46,051 nucleotides of DNA from an uncultured Syntrophomonas sp. (GCA_964422685.1 CAYRCG010000001.1:1-46051), one strand, 5' to 3'; counted from the stretch's first letter, positions 29,089 to 40,021 are shown. The notes: generated by a model not told the origin, from the letters alone. Translations and numbers: made by a program.

Positions 29089-29916
29089 ATGCGCCCAAGG
29101 GTTGGACATATACAGTTTATTAATTGCTTTCCTTTATTCTACGGACTAATAGAGAAAAAGTTCCTTTTGGAAATTGACTTGATTAAAGGAAACCCATCGG
29201 ATCTTAACCGTATGTTGCAAGAAAACCTTCTGGATTTAGCCCCTATACCTTCCATTGCCTATGCCAAAAATTTCCGGGACTATGTGATACTTCCAGATAT
29301 TTCGGTAAGTTGTGATGGGGAAGTAAAAAGTATTTTCTTTTTTTCCAAAGTGCCAATTTGTGAACTCCACCGGAAAAAAGTGGCTTTAACCAATGTTTCG
29401 GCGACTTCGCAGGCGCTCCTTCGCATTATATTAGCTCGTTATTACAATATAATACCAGAATATTTTTCCTCTGCTCCCGAATTGGGGGCTATGCTTATGG
29501 AGGCGGATGCAGCCCTGTTGATAGGTGATGACGCTTTACGGGCTCGATACAAAAACCAAGACCGCCTTTATATCTATGATCTTGGTGAAGAGTGGAAGAA
29601 GTTTACCGGACTACCTATGGTTTTTGCCCTTTGGGCGGTACGGAAGGACTTTGCTAGCAAGAATCTGGAACAATTAAGAATCATTAAAAATACCTTCACA
29701 GAATCGATAAGATTCAGTCTGGAAAATATACATGATGTAGCAGAAAAAGCTTCTCAATGGGAGGATTTTGGGGCAGATTATCTAGTGGAATATTTTCGTT
29801 CCTTACGTTTTGATTTCGAATCGAGTAAACAAGAAGGATTATTAGAATACTACCGTCAAGCGAAAAATCAAGGTCTTTTAGATGAAGTGCCAGCACTGGA
29901 GATACTGAATATCTAA
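29089..29916 (+). CDS. mqnA: Chorismate dehydratase
   Basis: GHIQFINC.P, SATS, LLIGD.AL, DLG.EW..TGLPMVFA.W motifs; AAGGAG RBS before ATG 29089. Confidence 0.9.
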   Translation: MRPRVGHIQFINCFPLFYGLIEKKFLLEIDLIKGNPSDLNRMLQENLLDLAPIPSIAYAKNFRDYVILPDISVSCDGEVKSIFFFSKVPICELHRKKVALTNVSATSQALLRIILARYYNIIPEYFSSAPELGAMLMEADAALLIGDDALRARYKNQDRLYIYDLGEEWKKFTGLPMVFALWAVRKDFASKNLEQLRIIKNTFTESIRFSLENIHDVAEKASQWEDFGADYLVEYFRSLRFDFESSKQEGLLEYYRQAKNQGLLDEVPALEILNI

Positions 29917-30001
29917 ACTATGGGTTAGACCCAGAATAAAAGTTTTATTATAAAAACAATGGTTTTAAAACTAGCAACTTTTCGATTTCTCCGGGAAAGG
30001 A

Positions 30002-31072
30002 GTGCTATTTACTATTAGACAGGTTTTAACAGAGATTATGAAAGGGCGGCGGATGACTGATGAGGAATTTCTATTTCTTTACGAACAGGGAGATTTCCTC
30101 AGCATAGGACAGGCTGCCAATCAGAAAAGAATTGAAAGATTTGGTAATAACCGAGCAACCTTTGTAATCGATCGCAATATCAATTATACTAATATTTGCT
30201 CCTGTAAATGCCGATTTTGCGCCTTTTATCGCCATAAGGAGGATAAAGATGCTTATGTGTTAAGCTTGGATAGCCTTTATGAAAAAATAAATGAGGCTAT
30301 AGAACTAGGGGCCACTCAGCTTATGATTCAAGGTGGGCTTAATCCAGATCTAGGTATTGTATATTTCGAAGAAATGTTCAAAAGCATAAAGAGCCGCTAT
30401 GATATTTGTATCCATTCCTTAAGTGCCCCTGAAATAGTCCATATTGCCCGTATATCCGGGTTGGGAATAAAAGAAACACTCCTGCGCCTGCAGGCCTCCG
30501 GCTTGGACTCGCTTCCCGGGGGTGGAGCCGAAGTTTTACACGATGATGTGCGCCAAAAAATTAGCCCGAATAAGATAAAAACTAAAGAATGGTTAGCGGT
30601 AATGAAAACCGCCCATGAAATAGGGATGGAATCTACTGCGACCATGATGATGGGCAGCGTGGATAAACTTAGACATCGGGTGGAACACCTGCGGCTGATA
30701 AGGGATTTGCAGGATGAAACCAGGGGTTTTAGGGCCTTTATACCCTGGACCTACCAACCAGGCAACAACGAACTTATGGGGCGGAAGATGTATTCGGTCC
30801 AATATTTGAAATTCCTGGCTTTATCCAGGCTTTATCTGGATAACTTCGCCCATATCCAGGGTTCCTGGGTTACCCAAGGGGATAGAGTAGGCCAACTTTC
30901 TTTGCTTTTTGGTGCTGACGATTTAGGGAGCATAATGATAGAAGAAAATGTTGTCCGCTCAGCCGGTCTGGAATATAAGATGAAAAAAGCGGGGATGGTT
31001 GAACTTATAAGTGGCGCCGGAAGAATACCGGCGTTAAGGGATACTGAATATCGAATATTAGAAATATATTAA
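30002..31072 (+). CDS. mqnC: Cyclic dehypoxanthinyl futalosine synthase (radical SAM)
   Basis: DRNINYTNICSCKCRFC, QGGL, AFIPWT, IQGSWVT and GSIMIEENVV motifs. Start uncertain. Confidence 0.9.
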   Translation: MLFTIRQVLTEIMKGRRMTDEEFLFLYEQGDFLSIGQAANQKRIERFGNNRATFVIDRNINYTNICSCKCRFCAFYRHKEDKDAYVLSLDSLYEKINEAIELGATQLMIQGGLNPDLGIVYFEEMFKSIKSRYDICIHSLSAPEIVHIARISGLGIKETLLRLQASGLDSLPGGGAEVLHDDVRQKISPNKIKTKEWLAVMKTAHEIGMESTATMMMGSVDKLRHRVEHLRLIRDLQDETRGFRAFIPWTYQPGNNELMGRKMYSVQYLKFLALSRLYLDNFAHIQGSWVTQGDRVGQLSLLFGADDLGSIMIEENVVRSAGLEYKMKKAGMVELISGAGRIPALRDTEYRILEIY

Positions 31073-31147
31073 GTTATCCAACGAAGATAGACTAGTACTT
31101 AGAGCAAAAAGTTAATACATAATATTAGACAGTTAGGAGTTGAATAA

Positions 31148-31984
31148 ATGGATATTCCCAACTGCGAACTGGCTTTTATTGGCGGTTCCAGCAGCTTGAG
31201 TATAGAGGTTCCGGAAGAACTTAACCTTGATTACATTCAAGTCTTGGACAAAAAAATGGTTTTTTCTACTCCTTATGGTTCAAGTCCCGAATTCAAATTT
31301 TTAAACATACAGGGGGAGCAGGGTGATAGGAAAATCCTGAGTTGCCGAATGCACGGTTGGCGAACCGGGGTAAGCAGGGCCGATGCTTCACGGCAAATTT
31401 TTTGGGTTTTTCTACAAGCAGGGGTAAAGGGTGTTTTGGCTGAGGGCGGGGTTGGAGCAATAAATCATCTGCTTAAGCCCCGCGATATAGTTGTACCCCA
31501 TGATTATATAGATTTTTCCGTACGCAAAGATGTAGGTTTGGGGGATCGCTATCTTTTGGTAATGCGCGAGGCTTTATGCGGAGTTATGCGAAAAAAACTG
31601 CAAGAACTATTGGATAAGACCTGGGAACATAGGGTTTTTGATCGGGGGGTTTATGTTAATACCGACGGAAGGCATTTTGAAAGCCCCGCCGAAGTAGCAT
31701 TATTTAAGACAGCCGGGGCGGATATAGTAGGGCAAAGTATCTGTCCTGAAGTATATTTAGCTCGGGAAATAGGGGCTTGTTATGCAGGTTTATATCTTGT
31801 GGTTAATTATGCTGAAGGGATTGTCGCTCCTTGGGCGCACAAGGAATTGGCCGAAATATTCCATGGTGAAAGCTTGAGTTTGGCAAGGGTGGTATTTGAG
31901 TTCTTTAAAACCTTACCTCTCGAACGGGAATGTGACTGCGCAAATTTGCGTAAAGAAACCTTACTTAAAGAAGTATACAAATAA
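31148..31984 (+). CDS. MTAP/MTIP-like purine nucleoside phosphorylase-fold protein (divergent)
   Basis: [39 protein letters not shown] and C-terminal C.C. Confidence 0.85.
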   Translation: MDIPNCELAFIGGSSSLSIEVPEELNLDYIQVLDKKMVFSTPYGSSPEFKFLNIQGEQGDRKILSCRMHGWRTGVSRADASRQIFWVFLQAGVKGVLAEGGVGAINHLLKPRDIVVPHDYIDFSVRKDVGLGDRYLLVMREALCGVMRKKLQELLDKTWEHRVFDRGVYVNTDGRHFESPAEVALFKTAGADIVGQSICPEVYLAREIGACYAGLYLVVNYAEGIVAPWAHKELAEIFHGESLSLARVVFEFFKTLPLERECDCANLRKETLLKEVYK

Positions 31985-32040
31985 TTTTGTCTGTATTGCT
32001 TCGGATATACCCCGGGGTTATTATTGAAGGAGGCTCTCAT

Positions 32041-34782
32041 ATGCGAAAAATGTCTAGCACAACCAAACTATTAATCTTTCTAGTAGGTTTAGGGCTAATA
32101 TCTTATCTGGCCAGCCTTTATGTTGATTGGCTATGGTTTAAATCTGTAAGCTATCAAAGCGTTTTTTCAACCATACTTTTAAACAAGGTTGGCTTATTTG
32201 TTATAGTTTTCTTGGCTACCATCTTGCTTTTTGCCTTTAACCTGAATTTGACCAAAAAGCATATGGGAATGGAGGAAGAACCCCTATATGATGAAGAAGG
32301 GCGGGTTATATACCTTGACAATGGAAGAACTCCATGGAAAGAATTCCTGCGGGGGGAACATTCTCGCTGGCTATATTGGGGAATCAGCCTTCTTGCAGCT
32401 TATCTGGTTAGCTCGGTAGCAGCCGAAAACTGGTTAGTTATACAACAATACATTAACCGCGTACCTTTCGGAAATGCTGATCCGGTTTTTAGCAAAGATA
32501 TAGGTTTCTACTTTTTTAATTTGGCATTTTATAAGTTTGCTTATGGCACCTTGATGATGGCCTTGATACTACTACTCATAACCCTTGGTGCAATTTACCT
32601 TATTAATGCGTCCACGGATCTTCTTTTCGGTGATTGGCGGCAGTTTAGCTTTGCCAAAGGCCATTTGGCTACCCTTCTGGCAGCAGTATTTTTACTCAAA
32701 TCGTGGGGCTATAAACTAGCCGCTTATGATATACTTTTTTCTCCGACCGGCGTAGTTTATGGGGCTACCTATAGCGATATTTTTGCCCGCTTGCTCAGCC
32801 TACGTATCCTTTTATTATTATCGATAATTATAGCCGCCGTTATTCTGGCTAATATCTTTGTTAAGAAGTTGAAGTGGATTCTATTTAGCATAGGGGCTTG
32901 GGTATTAGTGGCTTTTCTTATGGGGGGCGTTTATCCTTCGTTAGTCCAAAAACTTGTAGTACAGCCTAATGAGTTCAATAAGGAAAAGCCCTATATTGTG
33001 AATGCTATTAAATACACCCGCCAGGCTTATGGATTAGATAGGGCGGAAAATCGGGGTTTTAATATTGATTATAATTTGGATATTACCGATCCCGACCATC
33101 AGAGTACCATTGATAATATTCGTCTTTGGGATTGGCAGCCTTTGCGTACTACCTATAAAAACCTGCAACAGCTGCGGAGCTATTATGTTTTCGATGATGT
33201 AGATATCGACCGTTACACAGTAGACGGACAATATCGGCAACTGATGCTTTCAGTGCGAGAGATAGACCAGGAGGAACTACCGCAAGAAGCTAAAACTTGG
33301 GTTAACCAGCGGCTAATGTATACACATGGTTATGGTTTGGTAGTAAGCCCGGTGACAGAGGTGGCAGAGGAAGGATTCCCCGAATTCTTTGTCAAGGACA
33401 TACCGCCTAGGTTTTCTACAGACTTAAAGATTGAAAGACCAGAGATATATTTCGGAGAAAAAACTGACAATTATGTAATAGTGAATACCAAGCAAAAGGA
33501 ATTCGACTATCCGGCCGGGGAAAAGAATGTATTTACTATATATGAGGGAAAGGATGGCATCCAGCTTAAGACTTATGCGCATCGCCTTCTTTTTGCTTGG
33601 GTACTGCGGGACTATAAAATGTTGTTATCCTCTGATATCACTAATAGTAGCCAAATTCTGATGAACCGCAATATACTGGAAAGGGTGCAGAAAATAGCGC
33701 CTTACCTTAGCTATGATGGCGACCCTTACATTGTAATTAATGATGATGGCAGGCTCTATTGGGTATTAGATGCTTATACGGTATCAGACAAATACCCTTA
33801 TTCGGAGCCCTTTGACAAACAACGCAATAATTATTTGCGCAATTCGGTAAAAATAATCTGTAATGCCTATGACGGGAAAATAGATCTTTATATCGCTGAT
33901 GAAACAGACCCCATAATAAAAACATATAGCCGCATTTTCCCCCAGGTATATAAGCCGCTGACCGCGATGCCTGAAGGCTTGCGCCTGCATTTGCGCTATC
34001 CCGTAGATATGTTTTCCATACAGGCGCAGATGTACCGAACCTTTCATATGACAGACCCTTCCGTGTTTTACAACAAGGAGGACCCTTGGTTGATACCTAA
34101 TGAAATCGTAGATGATAAATCGGCTAAAATGGAGCCTTATTACCTGGTGATGCATTTGCCAGAAGAAAAGGATCCGGAATACATCCTAATGATGCCGTTT
34201 ACCCCCAAGAGTCGAGCCAACATGGTAGGCTGGATGTGTGCGCGTATGGACGGCGACCATTATGGTAAAATGTTGGTCTACAATTTCCCTAAACAGGAAA
34301 CTATATACGGACCGGAACAAATAGAATCCAGGATTAACCAGAATACGGAAATAGCACAACAACTCAGCCTTTGGGACCAAAGGGGTTCCCGGGTATATCG
34401 AGGGAATCTCCTGGTTATTCCTATGGGTAATTCTATTTTATATGTGGAACCCTTGTATCTGCAGGCGGAGAATAATCGCTTGCCGGAACTAAAGCGGGTT
34501 TTGGCCGCCTTTGAAAACAAAGTTGTAATGGAGCCTTCCCTTGATATGGCGTTACTTAAGCTATTTGGACAAAGTCAACGGGAAGAAAAACCAGAGGCAG
34601 AAGAAACAATAAGCCCGGGGGACTTTTCCGGAGAAACGGTAGCTGAACTGGCCAATTCGGCCCGAAAATACTATGATAAGGCTAATCAATTATTACGGGA
34701 CGGTGATTGGTCAGGTTATGGGGAGAACATCAAGAAACTAAACGATACTATCAGGCGCTTAGAGGAAGCGGTAAAGTCTTAA
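32041..34782 (+). CDS. UPF0182 family membrane protein
   Basis: [35 protein letters not shown] and YVEPLY motifs; AAGGAGG RBS before ATG 32041. Confidence 0.93.
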   Translation: MRKMSSTTKLLIFLVGLGLISYLASLYVDWLWFKSVSYQSVFSTILLNKVGLFVIVFLATILLFAFNLNLTKKHMGMEEEPLYDEEGRVIYLDNGRTPWKEFLRGEHSRWLYWGISLLAAYLVSSVAAENWLVIQQYINRVPFGNADPVFSKDIGFYFFNLAFYKFAYGTLMMALILLLITLGAIYLINASTDLLFGDWRQFSFAKGHLATLLAAVFLLKSWGYKLAAYDILFSPTGVVYGATYSDIFARLLSLRILLLLSIIIAAVILANIFVKKLKWILFSIGAWVLVAFLMGGVYPSLVQKLVVQPNEFNKEKPYIVNAIKYTRQAYGLDRAENRGFNIDYNLDITDPDHQSTIDNIRLWDWQPLRTTYKNLQQLRSYYVFDDVDIDRYTVDGQYRQLMLSVREIDQEELPQEAKTWVNQRLMYTHGYGLVVSPVTEVAEEGFPEFFVKDIPPRFSTDLKIERPEIYFGEKTDNYVIVNTKQKEFDYPAGEKNVFTIYEGKDGIQLKTYAHRLLFAWVLRDYKMLLSSDITNSSQILMNRNILERVQKIAPYLSYDGDPYIVINDDGRLYWVLDAYTVSDKYPYSEPFDKQRNNYLRNSVKIICNAYDGKIDLYIADETDPIIKTYSRIFPQVYKPLTAMPEGLRLHLRYPVDMFSIQAQMYRTFHMTDPSVFYNKEDPWLIPNEIVDDKSAKMEPYYLVMHLPEEKDPEYILMMPFTPKSRANMVGWMCARMDGDHYGKMLVYNFPKQETIYGPEQIESRINQNTEIAQQLSLWDQRGSRVYRGNLLVIPMGNSILYVEPLYLQAENNRLPELKRVLAAFENKVVMEPSLDMALLKLFGQSQREEKPEAEETISPGDFSGETVAELANSARKYYDKANQLLRDGDWSGYGENIKKLNDTIRRLEEAVKS

Positions 34783-34876
34783 GGCACCTACTAATAACGT
34801 ATTAATAACGCGATTTTTCAAGGCATACTAAATGGTATTCGAGGTGATTTTTCGAAAGTCGGAGGGATATTGGTAA

Positions 34877-35431
34877 ATGAACAAAGAATTGCTGATCGTT
34901 TGTTTGGGGGATAGCATCACCTATGGCTTTCCTTGGGGGCCCCAGGCCTCATGGGTAACTATGCTGGGTAGTTATGTAGACGGGGAGGTTATCAACCAAG
35001 GGATTAACGGGAATACCACCTCCAATATGCTCAACCGTTTTGAAAGGGCAGTTTTAAAGTATAAACCAAGCCATGTCATTATCATGGGTGGTACTAATGA
35101 TATCATTTGCGGGGAATCGTTCGACCGCATTAGTCTAAATATCCGCGAGATGGTGGAAAAGGCTGAGGATGCCGGGGTAAAGGTAATTTTAGGAATACCC
35201 ACAGCGGTTGACGAACCGTATTGGGAGAAGCTTTTGCTCAGGCTACGCAATTGGATCAGGGATTTTGCCAGGAGGGAGAAGTTACCTATTATAGATTTTT
35301 CCCGCCCTTTCTACGATGATGCAGGGCGGGTCAGAAGTGAGTTGCTACTAGCGGATGGCGGGCATCCTAGTAAGGCTGGTTACCGGGCGATGTTTGAACA
35401 AATCGACCCGGCAGTGTTTGCTTTTGAATAA
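34877..35431 (+). CDS. SGNH/GDSL hydrolase
   Basis: GDSIT, NQGING, GGTND and DGGHP blocks. Confidence 0.92.
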   Translation: MNKELLIVCLGDSITYGFPWGPQASWVTMLGSYVDGEVINQGINGNTTSNMLNRFERAVLKYKPSHVIIMGGTNDIICGESFDRISLNIREMVEKAEDAGVKVILGIPTAVDEPYWEKLLLRLRNWIRDFARREKLPIIDFSRPFYDDAGRVRSELLLADGGHPSKAGYRAMFEQIDPAVFAFE

Positions 35432-35516
35432 TTTAAAGCCAAGGTACTGGGTTTTGCAAACCTTCCCGATTATGTTTGTTTGCCTCCCGGTCGTCACGGG
35501 GGACAACAAAAAAACC

Positions 35517-36503
35517 CTAAATACTGGCCGGTACCTTATCCGGTGATAGGGGGGCAACACTTATTGTGGTCAGAGTTTCGTCCGCTGGCTTAAATATCTT
35601 TACCTGAGCTGTATTTTCCTTGCGGGCATCGCTATACCTGGCAACTATAGAAGCGGCCAGGTATAATTCATCTTCTTGGGGAACATCATCACCCCGCAGC
35701 AGACCTAAGGGCCCCGGGCGATCCAGGACCTTAAACAAATAGTCATCAATCCGGGCTATTTTTTGCATATTATCATTTTCGCTATGGTTCCTGCCCACCG
35801 CCAGCAATTTACCATCATCCAAGTAAAAATGCCGCCCAAATTTTAGGATTTCCATTTCTTTATCCTCCATCTCCGGTCTAAGCTCTAATAATTTCCGCAG
35901 GCGACGGCTAAAACTCGCCTCGGCAAGCAAACAACCGCCGGCAGGTGCAGGGTAATCATGGATACCGAATGATGCAGCTAGTTCCATCTGCCGGGTTCTG
36001 CCCCGGCCGCTTATATCCAAAAGTTGTTCGCGATCAACCCAACCCTTTGCCTCGGGTATCGTTTCAGCAAGCAGTTTGGCCGAAAGGGGCCGGAGGATTA
36101 GACCGCGGAAGCCTGAATGTTTGTCTACTGCGTTTAAAGCCGAACGGTTCTGGCTCATAGGCCTTTGCCCCAAAACTTCGCCGCTAATTAGAAAACTTGC
36201 TTCGAGCTTTTGCATAAATTCCCCGGCCTTTCTTAACATGAAGGCATGGCAGTCAATACAGGGGTTAAAGTTCTTACCATATCCGTATACCGGATTCTTT
36301 AATACCTTTTCAATATATTCCTTGCCGGTATCAAGGATAAATAATTGGATGCCAAGTTCCTTGGCCGCCAGGTGGGTAGCTCGGTTAGCCCCGAAAAAGG
36401 GACTAGAAAAATTAACTCCGATAACAGTAATACCCTGTCTTTTGATTAAGGCGGTGGCCAATAGGGAATCTAGGCCCCCCGAGAATAAACACACTGCTTT
36501 CAC
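35517..36503 (-). CDS. ThiI/MnmA-like PP-loop tRNA sulfurtransferase without THUMP, probable C-terminal DUF814/NFACT-R-like domain
   Basis: SGGLDS PP-loop at the very N-terminus, NPCIDC, GEVLGQRPMSQ, PAGGC and C-terminal VGRN..EN. Confidence 0.75.
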   Translation of the reverse strand: MKAVCLFSGGLDSLLATALIKRQGITVIGVNFSSPFFGANRATHLAAKELGIQLFILDTGKEYIEKVLKNPVYGYGKNFNPCIDCHAFMLRKAGEFMQKLEASFLISGEVLGQRPMSQNRSALNAVDKHSGFRGLILRPLSAKLLAETIPEAKGWVDREQLLDISGRGRTRQMELAASFGIHDYPAPAGGCLLAEASFSRRLRKLLELRPEMEDKEMEILKFGRHFYLDDGKLLAVGRNHSENDNMQKIARIDDYLFKVLDRPGPLGLLRGDDVPQEDELYLAASIVARYSDARKENTAQVKIFKPADETLTTISVAPLSPDKVPASI

Positions 36504-36523
36504 TTAGTCCTTCCTTTCTAAAA

Positions 36524-36970
36524 CTATCTTATTTCCTCATCGCTAATAACCCTTATATCGTTTTGTTTCAGGAAAGCGGTACAAACCCCATCTCCGGGGC
36601 GAAGACGGGCTTTGAAGCTACCATCGTAAATACTGCCCACCCCGCAAGAAGGGCTGCGGCTTTTAAAAATAACCATACTTACCCCATTCTCAAGGGCTAT
36701 ATCCAGGGTTTTTTGAGCCCCCCGTATAAAACATTGACTTCTATCTTTACCATCTATGTCTATTACCCGGGCTTTACCGTCAAGCACATCTTTGCCGCTT
36801 CCTTCTAGGATTTCCGCCGGGCGGCGGGGCGTTGGCAGGCCTCCTAGCACCTCGGGACATACCGGGACCGCCTGGCTATTATTCCAGAGATTATATATAT
36901 AGGGATTGAAATTATTGCCCCCATTATATTTGCAGTTTATACCGCATAAACAAGCACTGACTAATATCAT
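36524..36970 (-). CDS. tudS: DUF523 family thiouracil/4-thio-UMP desulfidase (TudS)
   Basis: SACL.G..C.Y, VCPE..GGL.TPR and KSRSPSCG motifs (Cys ligands and Glu). Confidence 0.85.
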   Translation of the reverse strand: MILVSACLCGINCKYNGGNNFNPYIYNLWNNSQAVPVCPEVLGGLPTPRRPAEILEGSGKDVLDGKARVIDIDGKDRSQCFIRGAQKTLDIALENGVSMVIFKSRSPSCGVGSIYDGSFKARLRPGDGVCTAFLKQNDIRVISDEEIR

Positions 36971-37110
36971 TTTACTAATTATCTCCTAATGAATTTAATC
37001 TATAAGGACTTTGAGGTATTAGCTATTAGCAACCATAATCTATTGGGTTACATCAAGTGTAATATAATAGTGGGTTAAAATTCCCCGCATAGTTCGGAAT
37101 GATGGGTTGA

Positions 37111-37170
37111 TTGTCATTGCGAGGGGCGTAGCGACCGGCAATCTAAAGCCATTTTTCATAGCAATGATAG
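37111..37170. repeat. Degenerate REP/RPE-like palindromic element (GTCATTGCGAG...GCAATCT class)
   Basis: TTGTCATTGCGAGGGGCGTAGCGACCGGCAATCT...GCAATGATAG with complementary 10-nt ends. Confidence 0.55.
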
Positions 37171-37302
37171 GGGGCGCCGTTCTTTATCCCCTTCTACTAA
37201 TCTGCCTAGAGCCTATATGCAAGAAATTTACTTAATGTTAGCAAAGAGGACACTGCTTTCATATTATAGGGTACAAAAGATAAATGCGGGGTTTATGTAA
37301 AT

Positions 37303-38655
37303 ATGAAAGAGTTTCCCATGTTAGTAATAAAATTAAATCCTGAACTGAGTGAAAATGAATTAGTAATAGGCCGCAACCTGGCGAACCGCCTCGAAATAGG
37401 GGGAAATCAGAGCATAAGGCTTCAGGTGGGCAGAAACTCTAAGGATATGATTACACGAATAAAACAATCAGGTAAGAACCGCAATACTATAATAACCAAT
37501 ACTCATCTGGGACGCAAGTTAGGGATTAGTTCTAACCGTAAATACGCAGTTAATTACCGCGACAATACTATGCGAATAGGACCGGTAGTAGGTATTATGG
37601 CAGAAACCTCCCGCCTCCCTCAAAAACCATTCGGGAACCAAACCTTCTTCATTAAGCAACTTCTTCAAAGCGGCAATTCTATAGGACAGATATGTTTCGC
37701 TTTTAGTCCTTATAGCATAGATTGGAAAAACAAAAATGTATATGGTTACAGCTGGGGGGATAAAGGCTGGATTAAGGGTCGTTTTCCCCTTCCTGATGTG
37801 GTTTATCCTCGCGAAAGGGCCAATTCTTCAACCAAACAGAACATCAGGAAGAGACTAGAAAGGGCGGGGGCAAAATTGTTAAACTCGGGTCTTATAGGCA
37901 AATGGCAATCATATCGCATTCTCAGCCAGAATCCAAATCTAATACCATATATACCTGATACTCGTCTGCTTAATAGTTTTAAACAAGTAGACAATATGGT
38001 AAAGAAGTATTCTGCAGTCTATTTGAAGCCAGTAGCAGGCTCCCAGGGTAAAAACATTATTAGAATAATAAAGAGAAAAAATGACTCAGTCTATCGATAT
38101 CAATACCAATTAAACGGAAAACCGGTCAAGGGCAGTGCTTCAAGTCTAGCGCAATTACGTAGTTGCTTAAAACCGGTGATGGGAAACCGTGCTTATATAG
38201 CGCAAAAACAAATTAACTTATTGCAATCAGCTAATAATATTACTGATGTCAGAATTTTGGTACAAAAGGATGATAGCGGGGTTTGGGATGTTACCGGTAT
38301 GGCCTGTCGCGTAGGCAGTCCGGGTTCTATAACCAGCAATATATCATCGGGGGGAAGGGGTCAGAAATTAGTCGATACCTTAAAGGATAAATTCCCTGAT
38401 GCAGATAAGCAACTGTCTATTATTGAAAAGTTGAATTATGTATCGATAGAGGTTTGTCGCACTTTGGAAAGGGCAATAGGCAACTGCGGGGAGATGGGAG
38501 TAGATATAGGTATTGATAAAGGTGGGGAAGTTTGGTTTATAGAGGCTAATCTGAGACCTGCCCGGCAAATATTCAATCTAATCGGGGAAAAGAAAACCCG
38601 TCTTCTTTCTGTGGAAAGACCAATGTTATATTGCCGCCATCTAGCGGGATTCTAG
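37303..38655 (+). CDS. YheC/YheD family ATP-grasp (spore coat-associated) protein
   Basis: IGPVVGI, PLPDVVY, YLKP..GSQG, DVRILVQK, SNISSGG, GVDIGID and IEAN..P motifs. Confidence 0.9.
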   Translation: MKEFPMLVIKLNPELSENELVIGRNLANRLEIGGNQSIRLQVGRNSKDMITRIKQSGKNRNTIITNTHLGRKLGISSNRKYAVNYRDNTMRIGPVVGIMAETSRLPQKPFGNQTFFIKQLLQSGNSIGQICFAFSPYSIDWKNKNVYGYSWGDKGWIKGRFPLPDVVYPRERANSSTKQNIRKRLERAGAKLLNSGLIGKWQSYRILSQNPNLIPYIPDTRLLNSFKQVDNMVKKYSAVYLKPVAGSQGKNIIRIIKRKNDSVYRYQYQLNGKPVKGSASSLAQLRSCLKPVMGNRAYIAQKQINLLQSANNITDVRILVQKDDSGVWDVTGMACRVGSPGSITSNISSGGRGQKLVDTLKDKFPDADKQLSIIEKLNYVSIEVCRTLERAIGNCGEMGVDIGIDKGGEVWFIEANLRPARQIFNLIGEKKTRLLSVERPMLYCRHLAGF

Positions 38656-38677
38656 TATAGCACTTATTAAAAGGGGA

Positions 38678-40021
38678 TTGGTTATGAATATTATCGGAAG
38701 TATATATATTTCACGGGAATTAGCCAGTAAGCTTGCTTTGCCGCCCCAAAACATAATTAAAGTGAGGGTGGGCAACCTGGTGATTAAAAGCGAGTTGCAG
38801 ATAAAAGACCTAAACCGTCCGACATATAGTTTGTCTTCATCCTTGGCCCAGGCTTTATATATAAAAAGAAGAAAGCAGATGAAGTTGCGTTATGATCAAA
38901 ATGATAATACCATACACCTGGGGCCGACCATAGGCATACTTTCTACTTTTTTGCCCTCTCGGGGGGGGTACGACCCACTAAGTATACAGGCCGAACTGAT
39001 ATTTCTAAGCAATATCAGCAAAAGCATGGCGGGCCAGTTTTATATTTTTACCCCGGAGTCTATAAACTGGTCAAACTATACCACCAAGGGATATGTATAT
39101 AAACAGGCAAGTCGAGGAAGGGGAATATGGGCTTCGGGTATATATCCTTTGCCAGATGTGGTATATGATCGCATAGCTAGCCGTAGCAGTGAAGCCCGTA
39201 CTTTGATAAAGCATACTAAAAATAAACTTTGCCAGTTGCCATATTTGAAATATTTTAATCCGTCATTCCTGAACAAGTGGAAAGTATACCGACTTTTAAT
39301 CCAAGAGCGATCCCTGCACCCCTATATACCCGAAACACGGGCATTAACGATAGAGAACCTCAAAGATTTGCTAGTCAAATATAATACTGTATTTTTAAAA
39401 CCTTCTAACGGAAGTCTTGGTAGGGGGATAATAAAACTGAGGAAGGATGAAAAAGGCAGGCTGCATTATGTTACTGCCGGCAGGAGGAGGGGCCGTGGTT
39501 CCGCTGATACTGTAGAGCAGTTTATGAAAAAAACCAGTGTTTATCGGAGCAACAGGGACTATATAGCCCAACAAGGGATAGATTTAGCTAATTTTAGGGG
39601 CTCACCTTTCGATTTACGAATTGTATACCAAAAGAATTCTGCCGGGGTATGGCAGAGTAGTAAAAACTTCGTGCGTGTAGCCGCGCGTGGAAGCAGCATA
39701 TCCAATCTAGCCAGCGGTGGCAGGGTAGAAAAGACTAAAAAAGTGCTTAAATATCTTTTTAAAAGAAGTACGGTTGTAGAAGAGAAAAACCTGGAAATCA
39801 AACAATTATGCCGCAGGGTTGCAGAGACCCTTGAAAAAGTTAGCAAGGATAATTACGGGGAGTTAGGATTGGACATCGGCTTGGATAAAAACGGTTCTTT
39901 CTGGCTTATAGAAGTGAATTCCAAACCGCGCAAAACTACGGAAAGTGAAGTATCCCAAGCAATAGCAAAAAATACTTTTCGGAGGCCACTAGAATATGGC
40001 TCTTACCTGGCAGGTTTCTAA
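38678..40021 (+). CDS. YheC/YheD family ATP-grasp protein
   Basis: LGPTIGI, PLPDVVYDR, FLNKW, FLKP..GSLG, FDLRI, GLDIGLD and IEVNSKP motifs. Confidence 0.9.
   Translation: MVMNIIGSIYISRELASKLALPPQNIIKVRVGNLVIKSELQIKDLNRPTYSLSSSLAQALYIKRRKQMKLRYDQNDNTIHLGPTIGILSTFLPSRGGYDPLSIQAELIFLSNISKSMAGQFYIFTPESINWSNYTTKGYVYKQASRGRGIWASGIYPLPDVVYDRIASRSSEARTLIKHTKNKLCQLPYLKYFNPSFLNKWKVYRLLIQERSLHPYIPETRALTIENLKDLLVKYNTVFLKPSNGSLGRGIIKLRKDEKGRLHYVTAGRRRGRGSADTVEQFMKKTSVYRSNRDYIAQQGIDLANFRGSPFDLRIVYQKNSAGVWQSSKNFVRVAARGSSISNLASGGRVEKTKKVLKYLFKRSTVVEEKNLEIKQLCRRVAETLEKVSKDNYGELGLDIGLDKNGSFWLIEVNSKPRKTTESEVSQAIAKNTFRRPLEYGSYLAGF

Noticed and set aside
27819-31072. Radical SAM pair as CofG/CofH (F420 synthesis)
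   Set aside because: mqnA lies between the two genes, and the C-terminal motifs fit MqnE and MqnC.
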